A stretch of DNA of 64,000 bases, from the NCBI GenBank assembly GCA_046563655.1, contig CM102287.1:10168001-10232000 (forward strand). The letters are read 5' to 3'. The notes under the pieces are model-generated. The model saw nothing but the letters and a program-made list of their open reading frames with translations, searched no databases and was not told where the DNA came from. The position numbers and the translations under genes were made by a program. The DNA is from Yuukianura sp. NJ FZ-2021. Lineage: Eukaryota. Numbering within the stretch: the stretch's first letter is position 1; the number at the start of each line of letters is the position of its first letter. Of the stretch, positions 45,890 to 60,023 are shown one piece after another.

Positions 45890-46406
45890 GTCATAACCTA
45901 AATGGAATGAGGCTGAAGTAAGAATTAAAAAAACATAGTTAGGGAGGATGCGGCCGATCATTCTGTCCCGATCCGAAATATAGCGAACCAAGGGTATTTT
46001 TTATCTTAACATGAGTTGCATGATTTTACATTAGTTTGGGTTAGATTAATTCAAATTTGCTTAGTTTACGTTCGGTTACAGCATACAACGTGTTCTAGCT
46101 TAAGAATTTTAGCTAAAATTTGATTGAAAATAATTATTAATTGAATTTGCATGCAACTATTCCGTCTTTTGTTTTACATAAAAGGCCGATCTTGGCACGC
46201 GCCACGTTGGAATCGGCAATTCCCTTTGGCACAAGTTGGATCGGCTAGATCGGTTTTTTCGCACATGAACTATGACTTGGAATAGACAATAACCAGGAAA
46301 TCAATAAAAACTATTTTCGGTATTTACTACAATGCAGTACAATAGCTGAGTGTTGCTGTTAGTACGTTTTTGCACTTCTTCTTGAGCACAACTCCAAGTG
46401 GCTACA

Positions 46407-48356
46407 ATGTATTTGTTAACATTGTTGCCAATTCTGATCTTTACTAAAAGTACGCTTGGAATTGATCGGTCCCATTTCTTTGAGGTTGGGAAAGACACAA
46501 TTTTGAGCAAAGATGAGGCGTATGTCGGCACGCACCTTCCAAACTTCAAGTTTTTTGGCAACACGTTCAACCGCATCTTTGTCGGCGATAATGGCATTCT
46601 TTCATTCCTTGAAGGTAATTCTTATGCTAGTTCTAAACCCAAATTCTTACATTATATCTACATGTACATAAATCTATTGTCATTATACATAACTATATTT
46701 ACAGTAGACATTGTACATGAATGTTGCTAATACTCCTTTTTTTACAGGAATCGATTACTTCATCTCTAGTTGTTTCGATATCCAGGGAAGTGTTGATGGG
46801 TCAATGCTTATCGCCCCATTTTGGTCTGAAGTTAATCCAGAATTGGGTGGGCTAATTTCTTACTCCGTCAATTCTGATGTCAAGAATCTGGAGAAAGTCA
46901 ACAAACAACTGCAAGCAGGGTTTCCGAGATCTAAGCCCCACAACATGCATTGGGTATTTGTGGCAACATGGCTGGATGTTCATCCCAGAGGACACAATGC
47001 AAGCAACACACACTGCAGAAACACATTTCAGACGATCCTAACTAGCGACGGAACACGCTCTTATGTCATCTTCTACTACGGTTAGAATTATTTCACAAAA
47101 AATTAAATAATTTTTTTTAAAGGTAAATAAATTTATTTGTTATAAAATTATTATTAAATAATTAATATTAATATAAATTATTAAAATAAATTAATATTAA
47201 TATTAGTATAAAATATTTTTAAATAAATAATAATAGACAAATATAAAGACACCTTGAATTTTGTGTTTTAGAAACTCTCAACTGGATTTCTGGGAAGAAC
47301 TTCGATGGCAACTGCAGCGAGGAGGCTCATGGCTCGGCAACTGCTGGATTCTACGCTGGACACAAAATTCACCAAGGCGAAATTCAACTTATTAGTCCTG
47401 CTTCATGTACCCGGGAAGTTAGAGAATTGGCAACATCCAGCAACGTTGGTCAAAACGGGGTTTGGGTATTTAAGGTAGACAAAACTCTAGAGGTACCGAA
47501 ACTGCATGATATTCGGAAACCTCGACAAATCGAATACTCTGATCCGAAATTTCCCGCTGATGGTACATGCCCTAAGCCTAAAAATGACTTGTGTGGGTCA
47601 ACTACTCCCTGTCGTAAAAATATCGTCGATCTGGTAGAGTATTTTGTCAATTTCCTAAAAGACTTCCCAACTAAATGCTTGGGTAAACAGCCCGGTACGG
47701 GGAACCCACCTAAGGAACCCACTGACCCGCCTGGGTACCCACCTCCAGAACGCACCTCTTCCCCCAGATACCCGGACGATCCTGACCCAATCACGCTGCC
47801 GCCAGACGTCCCTAAGAAATGTGACCAAGTCAATGACATCGGAATTCTGTTAGACTCTTCTGGTAGTATCGGTGACGAATCGTATAAGTTGGCACTGGCA
47901 TTTGTTGACAAATTGGCATCAGCTTTTGTTGAGAAAAGCAGAATCATGATGATTTACTACGGAACTGCTGTGAGATTTCAATTGGAACTTGATAACAAAT
48001 GGAATGCAGCTGAGATTTCTGAAGTCATCCAAACAACTCCTTACCTGAGCGAAGACACGTACACTGGAAAAGCAATTGAAGTGGCAACAGAGCACATGAA
48101 GAAGAGGAAACGAGATGGAGTTTCACAAAACCTTGTGATTTTAACTGACGGTGATCCGACTGTTCCTCTTGCTTATGCACCAATAGATGCAAAAGAAGCG
48201 GGAATTTCAATCTTTGCAGTGGGAATAGGTAAACAGATCAAAATGCAAAACCTCATGAGTATGACTTTGCAAGCAGACAGGGTTACTACGGTCCAAAGTT
48301 ATGAAGAATTGGACCAAAAGTTAAGAGATGTCAGCCGAATGATTTGTACTGTGTGA
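46407..48356 (+). CDS. V5: signal-NIDO-Cys/helix-Pro-rich-vWA protein with intact MIDAS, 3 exons
   Basis: Same NIDO exons as V1/V2; IRKPRQ; DSSGS..T..TDG; ends SRMICTV*. Confidence 0.9.
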
Positions 48357-48358
48357 AC

Positions 48359-48572
48359 CAAGGTTCCTAGAGCAACGAAATAGTTTTCATTTAACAGGTT
48401 TGGCAATAAGTCCTGTTTAAAACAAAATCCCACACCGGACAATTTTTTCCGCCAATCCCATTTGGTCACATATAAACAAAGATTTTTAAATAAAAATTTG
48501 ATTAACAAAAAAAAGTTGTAGTTATTGCCTAACCTATTGAAGAAAAAATTATTTTCTTGTTTACGAAACTTG
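48359..48572 (+). mobile_element. MITE (214 bp), CAAGG...CTTG family, inserted at the V5 stop codon
   Basis: Perfect 8-bp TSD gtgtgaac (48351-48358, 48573-48580) containing the TGA; ~50-bp imperfect TIR. Confidence 0.85.
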
Positions 48573-48920
48573 GTGTGAACTGTTTTGTCAAAATCTGCTG
48601 ATTTTCTCGTATTTTTAGAAACTTGTTGAAACAATTCGATTAAATAAAAATTATGAAAACATTTGAATGAATTTTAAAAACATATTTTACGACATAAACT
48701 TGGAATTCCGTGGGTGAAAGTTCCAAGATTTTTGAAATTTCAAAAAGCAAACAAATGTAAGGATTGTGACATATTTTATTAGAAAACGAGGTTATGATTG
48801 ATACAGACACAAAAAAAGAGCAGGAAATTTTGATTTTCTTTTTAGCGTATGATACAATTCGGTTTTAGATTTCCGAAACAGAAATTTTGGGTTTCACGGT
48901 TCAGTTTTTAGTTATTTACC

Positions 48921-51491
48921 TCAAAAGAGGATTTTGTTTTTCGGGAGTGTTTCGGCACATGAGCGGCGCACAAGCTTCGTGGAATTACGTTTCGCTTTGA
49001 TTGCTTTTCCGACGACAATGAGGGGCGGAGCTTCAGATGCTGCCAGTACCGGAAGTGGTGGCAGCCGATGGGCTGCTGTGATTGGTCGAGCGGAGACGGT
49101 GGAAGGCTGTGATTGGACGACTGGAGGAACAAATACCGGTGGAACCATTGACGGCATGCGGAACCGGTCGTCTAAAACGTCCTGCCGAGCTGAGTTCAAA
49201 TGGTACCGAGTTGTCGGAGCATGAACCGGTACTGGATCGACGAAACACTTGTTCGTACACTTGTGAGGACCTTTGCGTAGAAACTGTGCATTTGCGAAAA
49301 TTGAGCAGAGTTGTGTGTTTCGGTCGTTGAGGCAACCGAGAAACGAATTCAGTTTCGGTCCACCGTCGAGTAAGCAGTCGCCCGGTACCGGACACTGCGA
49401 GTATACCGGACCATCGTCCCAGATCAGATCGAACCCACCGACACGTTTCTCATAACCGGTCAACCTGTAATTACACAAATTCAAATGAATTACTTTGTAA
49501 TTACTCTGTAATTACCCTGTAATTACTTTGTAATTACTTTTCTTCCAGATCGAGGACGTTAATTGTATCGTCAATGAGAGCAGATTTGAGCCAATAATCT
49601 TCTTCGTTTGAAGGAGTGAAAGCCGGGGAACAATTGACCTGAAATTGAATTACTTTAGAAAGTATTTCGTAATTTGTAATTAGTAATTGTAATTACTTCG
49701 AGAAGCCAAGGTTGTAATTCATCGTCAATCAAAACGTCGAAACCATAGATTTCAAAGCAATGTGAATCCTGAATGATGAGTTGATGAACACTCTGGAGTG
49801 TGCGCACTACAATGTTGTCAATCTGGTTCATCAGTTCTTGAATAGCAACTTCGCCATGACGAGTTCTGCGCATGAGCAGAAAATTCATTTGTAATTACAT
49901 TTGAATTTGTGTAATTTTTAAGTTATTTCATTGAATTTATGTAATTTTTAAGTAATTTCATTGAATTTATGTAATTTTTAAGTAATTTCATGAATTACGT
50001 CATATATTCCCGCAACTTCCCCAATGACCACTTTGACCCCTGAAAATTCAAAAGCGATTTTCTATTACTCGATTACTCGAATTTCGATTACTCGATTTTT
50101 CTTACGATTGCTGGATTGTAGTCTTCTGCTGTACGTTGAATGGCGACATTTGTCAAGTGAATGTAAACGTCTTGGAGCGTGTCAAGTGAAAATTGGCGCT
50201 GTGAAAACCGTGCAAATCCTTCCCGGTACATCCAAGCTTTGAGCGGGTTAAATGACGTCACGAGCACAAAGAATCTCAGGTCAAACTTTTTCCCGTCGAT
50301 CAAGTACGGATTGGCAATGTACTTCTGAATCACGTACACTTCGTTCCGTGACCCGCCTTCCGACGTCACCCGCCGACCCCCGCCCTCGATCACAGGCACA
50401 CTCCCACTCAGGTCATCTTTGGATGAACTCTCAGGCAGCTCACAACTTCTACTCTCACTCTTCTCTACCGGCTCAATGTCGGGTTTGGGGTCATTGACCT
50501 CGGTGACCTCGGATTTGACCTCAGTGACCTCGGATGTCACTGGATCCTCTTCTGCTTTCTTGGGATTGTCTGGTGTTGAAATTTGGAGGCGGGCCATCAG
50601 GTATGACGTCTGGGCTAAGCATTTGACATAAAATTGACCTGGAGGCGGGGTTCCGATTGCGGTTGGAGGCGGGGTTCGGGGTTTCGAGATAAGTTTTTCA
50701 CGCCAATCGTAGTAGTCCTTGATACTAGACAGTTAAAATGATAATTTGAGGTCAAAAGGTCAAAGGTCAACTTTGGAAAAGGTCAAAGGTCAAACCCTCT
50801 AAAAATGAAAATCCCGCGTCCATGAGCTCCTGCTGCCGGCTTGATGATCCAATAACAAGAAGGCTTGTACAAATATTCTTGCAAAAACGATGATTCCTCC
50901 ATCTGAAGAAACGATTTTCAAATTTTTCATTTCCAAATTGGTCAAAATTTTCATTTTCAAAGTCAAAATTTTCATTTTCAAAATTTGCAATGTAAGACTT
51001 ACCGGCAAAATGAAAGTGGTGGGGAAAAACGAACACTTTTTGCCCTCATTTCGGCCAAAGGCTTTTTCAATTCGTGATCTGAGGTCAAAGGTCACACAAA
51101 ATTAGGAAATTCATAATTTAAATTGGAAATTGAAATTTCTGAAATTGGAAATACTTTTTTGAACTTTTTGAAAACTTTACTTGAGGTTTTTGAGATTCCA
51201 GGCCATGAAGTGTTTCCTGGATATTTCGTAGTTGTTTCTGAAGTGTCCCACTCTCTGATGGTCTCTGAGTGGCCTTGACCCCTGTCCGAAGAGGTCCCGC
51301 AGTTGGACCATGTCACAGAAGAAGATGTCCCAGTCGTCACCCTCGTCCACGGACACCCACCCACGGCGCATGAACACGTCAGACACCGTGGGAGAGAAGG
51401 ACTTGTACTTCATCACACGCACCTTCACCGCCTCCTGGGCGCGTAACAACGCGCCTTCAGCGCGAACTTTCCGCTTCCCCCCTGGAGCCAT
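48921..51491 (-). CDS. TTLL9: Tubulin polyglutamylase, TTLL9-like, multi-exon
   Basis: [97 protein letters not shown]. Confidence 0.88.
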
Positions 51492-51804
51492 TCACCTCCG
51501 CTTTTCAAAGTAAAACAGAATCCCGATGAATCAATTTAAAAAATCTGTTGGATTTTTGCCTTCTGCTCTTGCGCAGCAGCAGTAATGAAATTTCAATTTT
51601 TCAAAAAATGGAAATTTTTCAAGAAAATGAAAAATTTCAAACGAAAACATTTCGACCTTGTACTAGAACAAAATGGAGTTGCTCCGGCAGCTACTTACAG
51701 GAAAATTCTGCTCAACTGGAAAACAAAATTTTTTTTCGAAATTCAGAAAAAGTATTTTTTTTAAAGTTCAGATTTTCAAAATTTGTATACCCGAGCTACA
51801 AAAG

Positions 51805-53825
51805 ATGGCGGAGTGTAAAAATGGTGGGAATGGATCATCTTCTCCGAAAGATGAATGTACGAAATTGAGTTACTTGAAGGACAATCAGATACGCATGAGA
51901 ATCAGAGTCAAACGTAAACGACGATTGTCTAGCAGCAAAGAAATCGGAACAACTACGAGTACTGGCGACGTTGTCGTCTCGAAGATTCCAAATGTCGCCG
52001 AACTGGCGACATCCAACCGGGAAATACAAACAGCCAATCAGGATCCAGCTGAAGAGGAAACCAAAAATATACATCTGTCAGTTCCAGAAACCGATGTCAC
52101 TTCGGCTCCAATTACTTCAAGGTCAACGGTCAGCACGATCAAAGTTGAGCAAGAGGTCAAAGGTCAGGAGATCAACAGCCAGGAGATCAACAGCCAGGAG
52201 ATCAACAGTCAGAAGATCAACAGTCAAGAGATCAACGATAAGCAGTCAGCCTCAACCACCCAAATAGTCAACGTCCAACGTCAAGGTCAGCTACTTCACA
52301 ATGCGTTTAAAAAAAACATGCGCACTATCTAATTTTTTTTTGTATAACACGCAGATTTTTCAGAATTCCGGAGGTTTCGACCGTTAGGACCGGCAAGACT
52401 CGAACCGGTTTTTCCGGAACAGAACGATATTCGGTACCTTTTGAATTTTGCACGTGAAAGAGGCCAAAACGCGCCTCCGCCTTGGCAGCGCGAAGGCACT
52501 TTCCATGTCAACCAACTCCTACACAGTCTGAATCCACTTACGACTCCTCTCGTCTCCATCAGTTTCCCTCTACAAATCAAATGTTCAAATGCAAATGGAT
52601 CAACAGTCCGCACACTTCAACTGCACTTTTGGTTGATCGGATTGGCCATTGCCAATTTGGCACCAAGTACGCAAGTTGACGCAGACTTTGATTCGTTAGT
52701 TTATCAACTCAGGACGCCCATGCGCAGACTCCACAAACTCAATTTTCAAATTCAGACCGTTCTGCGCAGACCGTTCAAAAAAGTTCAACGTTGGCTCAAA
52801 CCGGTTGTGCAGGAACTAAATCGCGAAGTGTACCAGTATATACTGCGCATGACTCCGCCTCCTCTGTCCGTCACGATGCTGGACAAGTTTGAGCAAGTAC
52901 AGCGTCTAAGTCACGTGGACGAGTTGCGACAAGGACTTCAGAAGTCGCAAGTAGTCGTGACGTCATTTGCGACATTGCTGGTCGTCAGTTCTGAAAGAGA
53001 CGCTGATTCTGGAAATCGGACTTTCCGGGATTTGTCACAGCGAAGCCGGATTTCAGTCGTTCAAGCGATTTTGACTTTTATTGAATCGCTTTTGAAAAAA
53101 ATGAAAACTGAAGCAGACGATTTTGAAAATTTAATGAAAAGTAGAGTTGGTCGAGGGGCAAAGTCAAGTTTTAAAAAGTTGGCTAAAACGCTGACCAAGA
53201 TGCGAACTGACCATGGACTGCGCTATGTGACGACGACACATCGCTTGGCTGAAGCGCTGAAATCGCTGGAACTGGAACTGAGTTTGGTTGTCAGCGTCAT
53301 GGAAGATGTGAGGGAGCGATTGGATTGGCTGGAAGAAGCAGCCGAAGTGACGCTGGCAGAAGCAGAGAAATGGTTGCCAGCATTCTGGCACGAGAAACTA
53401 AGACTAAACAGATCGCTGAAATCGCTGAAATGCTTCCGCAGCGATTCTCGCTGGCCCAAAACTTTTGAACAACTTTTTCCGCTGGAAGATTTTGGCCAAA
53501 AGACGGATTCGTTTCAGATCAGAGTTCCAGTTCGGCTGGATTGTTTGAGCCGAATGTAAGAAAACTAAAAAAAAAATTATAGTTTTTCAAAATTTTGAAA
53601 CTTTTTAATTTTTTTTACAGTTTGAGTGAGCCCTTGCGTAAAGTGGAGGTTGAGCTGAACTTTGATGAGCCGTTTGGGGTCAAAGGTCAAGTGGCTTCCA
53701 CAACAACAACGACAGCACAGGAAGTTCCAGCGTCTTCTAAAAGTTCTGTTTCAAATTTAGTCACTCCAGGCTCAACTCCGGTCTTAACTTTAGAAAATAG
53801 ACCACTCGAACTACTCATTTTTTAA
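51805..53825 (+). CDS. Uncharacterised protein (basic NLS-like patch, QEINS repeats, helical C-terminal half), 3 exons
   Basis: Long ORFs joined in frame through introns 52286-52354 and ~53556-53620; no motif recognised; start codon uncertain (51673 is also in frame). Confidence 0.6.
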
Positions 53826-54315
53826 AAAAAGTTCAAAAAAAAATGAATCGAGAGGTGGATTTGTTCTAAAAAGTTTATTAATTCTAAAAAGTCTAAAAAA
53901 TATTCTAAACATGGCACAATTGACTAAAATTTGGAGGTATTTGGATATTTTGATTGTTAGATTCAACAGTAAAATGAACAAGAACAATTTTTTCTAATGA
54001 CTCGTGATTCATGAGTCATGAGTCAAGAGTCATGAGTCATGAGCTAAAAAAGTTGTCAAAGTAGAAAAGGAAGACAATTAGCAGTTATTCAAAAGTTAGT
54101 TAACGGAGATACTAGTAATTAACAGTTAAAAAAGAAAATGTTAACAAAAAGGTTGCGAGTTTTAGTATTTTTTGCAAGATCAACAAAAATTGTATCACAT
54201 TGGGATTAAATCGTCGTTGGAGATTCCGATTACAGCAGTAATCCAATTTGAGAAGTTGCTTGATTTGACCTTGAGGTCACGAGGTCAATGACCTCGAGGT
54301 CACGAGGTCACCTCG

Positions 54316-56893
54316 TCACTTGTTACTTTTGTGACATTCTGGATCTGTTGCCGTGTCACAACTGGGAGTTGATGGGTTCAGTTTACATGGACGACGAAAT
54401 TCTTGTCCTCTTTCGTGAATCCATTTGTTGGCCACTGCGTCAAAAAAAAAGTTAAGAAAATTTTGAAAACTAAAAACTCAGTTTTTTTAAAACTAAAACT
54501 AAAAAAAACTACTTTCTCTTACCCCATTTTGTGCCAAGTAAAACTGGACAGGCAGCCTACAAAAAAGAGAGGAAGAATTTTTTTTTGAAAGTTTTTTTTT
54601 TTCGAAAACTTCAAAATTTTGGTTTTTACATGTCTGGTTGAGTAGTCTCCGGTTCCATCTTCATGTAAATTGTACCAGAATGCTGCTGATCCTTTACGTG
54701 GGTAAATGGTGAGCCCCACTTGTGGAAAAACCGTCCCACCACCAGCAGCCACATCGCTCATGTAAAACAAAAAAGTCGCAATCCGATTTCCAGTTCCAAG
54801 ACTTTTAAAAGCATCTTTCTCATCACGCTAAAAAGTTAAAAATTTCATAAACTATAAAAAGTTTGAAATTTTCACAACAGATTCAATCAAATGACGACGA
54901 TCAAAAACTGGATTCAGATTTTTTTTTTTAAATCTTACCCTGGCAAAATCTGGAATTCAAATAAACCAAAGCAAAGGTGAGAAATGTTCAGAATCAAAAT
55001 ACGAAAATCGTTAAGAAATCGATTTAGAAATCGTTTTAGAAATCGATTTTTACCGAAGTGCGGTTCGTAGTGACCGGCCAAACCATAATTCACAACTTGG
55101 AGTTCTTCGGCTGTTTCCAGCTCCAGTCCAGTGATGGCGCTGATTCTTTTGTTAACTTTTTCAACTTCAACGCTTTCTCCAGTTTGTAACCACGATGACT
55201 TGCTGATTCTGTACTGCGCTGTAACCAATTCTCCCGTCACGTGGTTGTGCACTGTAGCTCGCTTGAACTAAAATTTCAAAAAAACTGAAAATTTCGAAAT
55301 CCTAAGATCTAAAATTTTGAAATTGATGGAATTACCCTCGGTTGTGCCAGTTTCTGGATGACTTCGATTTCGTTATCAAAGATGACATCGTGGTAAATGT
55401 AGATTTTGGGTTTAATTGATACAATTTCTTCCTTGAGTGGACCAATTAAAAAGTACGCTTTTCCATGTGTTGCGTATTTGCACTTTGTTCCTCTCTGCTC
55501 AATTTGCTGTTCACCGCGACACAGAGCTTCGTAGTTTGCTTTTTCAAATCCAACTGCATCAGCTCGTCGCTCACGAATAGTCAAAGTCTAAAAGAAAAGT
55601 AAAATTTTAGTAAAAAGTAAAAGTGAAACGTAAAATTTCATATTTCAGAAAAGAGATTTCCTGGAATTTTTTAAATTTTGGATGTTTTACTTGATCAGTT
55701 TCTGTTCCATCTTCTCCTTTTTTGTCCAGCAGTAACTTTTCATAGTGGACAATGTTTCCAGCAGCCCGTGGGTGGTTGGGGTCAATGCGAAGTAGTTGCT
55801 GGGTCAATCTAATTGCACTGCCAACTTGACCTTTCTGATAAGTAGAGAATGCTAAATACTCAAGAATATCTGCTTCAGAAATCATAGGAGAGGTGGACCC
55901 GTTTTTAGTCTCTTCGTTGTTCTTTAAAAGTGCTTCTGTCATCCACTCAATTGTGTGGTCATGGTCACCCGAGTTGTAACTCTGTCGCCCAAGTTCAAAA
56001 CAGTCTTCAGCTGCACAAAAAATCGAAAAAAAATCGATTACTTCCACACGAAAATGTAAGAAATCGATTACTTCCACACTAAAATCGTAAGAAATCGATT
56101 GCACAATAAGGCAGAATTCGTACGGCTTCTCCCGGAATAACCCGTACGAACTCTGCCTTGCTCCACACCTTCAAATGGAAGAAATCGATTACTTCCAGAA
56201 AGTAATCGACCGGATGTAATCGAAATCTAATAGAATTGTAATCGATGTAATCGATTTTTTTGAGCTTACAGTTGAGTTTAGTAGCACAACAGTGTCCATC
56301 AAGGTCGCCTTGGGCCATTTTGGAAGTGTCGAGGAGATAAGTTTCTTGTAGTCTCGTCAGAGCCACCGAAGCGCCATTTAAGTCTTCATTTGTCGGAAAT
56401 TTATAAAGAGCTCTCAGCTGATCCATCTCCATCTTCAACCCTGGGAAAATCCACAACAAAATTGGATGACCTTTGACCTCAAGAGTCTAAACATTTTGAA
56501 AAAGTGAAATTTCGAAAAAATGAAATTTTACTTTTCGGACTTACCATTTTGGTTAGCTTTGTCCTCCACGAGAGTGACAATGTCGTCGAGGTCAATCGTG
56601 AGTCCCTTGACCAGTAAAAAGGCATTGATCGGATTTCCCACGACCTCTGACCTCACTTTTCTTCGTGTTTCGATAAAAGGATGAAGTCTTCTCTTGATTT
56701 CTCTCAACCTGCCTTCTTCTTTTGCTAAATATCGCTCCAGTACTTCAATCACTCCCTCTTCAGTGTCAAACAGCGATTCCAGCTCCACTTGGGCTGTGAA
56801 CAACTCGTCACTCGGAATCGCTCGGCCTCCATCGGAAAAAACTTCTACAACAATCGTTAAAATCCCGAAGAGAAACAACACCCTCATCCCCAT
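54316..56893 (-). CDS. P4HA: Collagen prolyl 4-hydroxylase alpha subunit, multi-exon
   Basis: Signal peptide, [93 protein letters not shown]. Confidence 0.95.
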
Positions 56894-57540
56894 CTTAGCA
56901 AAAATTAAAATCCTAACTAAAAGTTTCCAGTTTTAACTTCTCACTCTCACTTGAGGAAAGTTTTGTCTTTTGTTCTAACTTCTGTTCAAACAGAAACACT
57001 GAAAAGTGAAAGTGTTTTTAAATCCCGTTTTTCTAAACAAGAGTTCCGTTATTTTCTAAAAATAGAGGTACTATATAACCTCTTCCTCCAAATGAGAGGA
57101 AACAAGTGAGAGTGACTTCTGGGCAAAGTAGATAGAAGGAGGGGGAAGATTTTTTTTTTGAAATTTTGGAAGATGAGTTGAATTGAGATGAGAGTTCACA
57201 AAAGGCGAAGATTAAGTGTTTTTACATCCCTTGAATAGACTTTTTCCAGTGGAAACGCAAGTGAATTCTAATCATGCAACTTCCTCCTTCGTCACTTCCA
57301 CTTTTTGGACACGACGTTTGTGTTTTGTGCACCAAAAAGTTCTAATCTCCTTTTTAAGCATTTTGAAATGTATGAAAATTTTGACCTTTCAAGTGTCTAG
57401 AGGTCAATTTTAAAAAAAATGAAGTTTTTGTTTTGTCACTTTTTGATTAAAGAGGGTGATGATCCCGCCGCGTCTGGAAGGAAAATCGCGAAATGAAATT
57501 TTTAATCAACTTAATACAGCTTTAATTTTCATTAATTTTG

Positions 57541-57955
57541 ACACCTCAGTTCAATTTTTAGCAAACTCAATGAAAATGAATCACGTTTTGCAAATTTTTA
57601 AGAAAAAAGATGTAAAAAAACTAAAATTGAAATTTAGGAATAAGTTGGATGCCACATAAAAAAATAATTTTTTGACAATAATAATTCAGGAGTTTACATG
57701 GACTAATGTGGAATGGAATAATTTGAGGGGACGAATGTGATTGGTCCAGAAAAAAAGCATTGGGCGAGATAGGGAACGAGATAAGAAAAATACACAGGGA
57801 AAAACACACTTTTTCGCATGAGAATACTCATATCTCAAGAAATTAAAAGTTTAACTGGCGTCTTACTTACAATTTTTTTTTCAAAATCTTTAAAATTAGT
57901 GTTATTTACTCTTCTTAAATTCTAAAAAATTTTAAATACTAAAAATTTTAACAAA
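57541..57955 (+). repeat. Dispersed repeat, copy of 24579-24960
   Basis: Direct collinear match. Confidence 0.85.
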
Positions 57956-58218
57956 AATTCATGATTGTAACATTGCCTTTAAAAAAAACAACAATGGAGG
58001 TTAAAATGCAAAAAAAAAACAACAACAACAACAACAGTAACATTTCCGGTGGAACGGCGGCGGATTTATTCCCACAGAAAGAGAATCAAAAGAGGTCAAT
58101 GACCTTACATTTACGTCAACTCATGAAAACATTTCCTCAATTCCTGAATCTTGGAAACTTTCCTGAATCTTTCGCGAATCTTGAAAATTTTCTTGTATTT
58201 TGAAAAAGTGTTGACATT

Positions 58219-60023
<1,805 letters not shown>

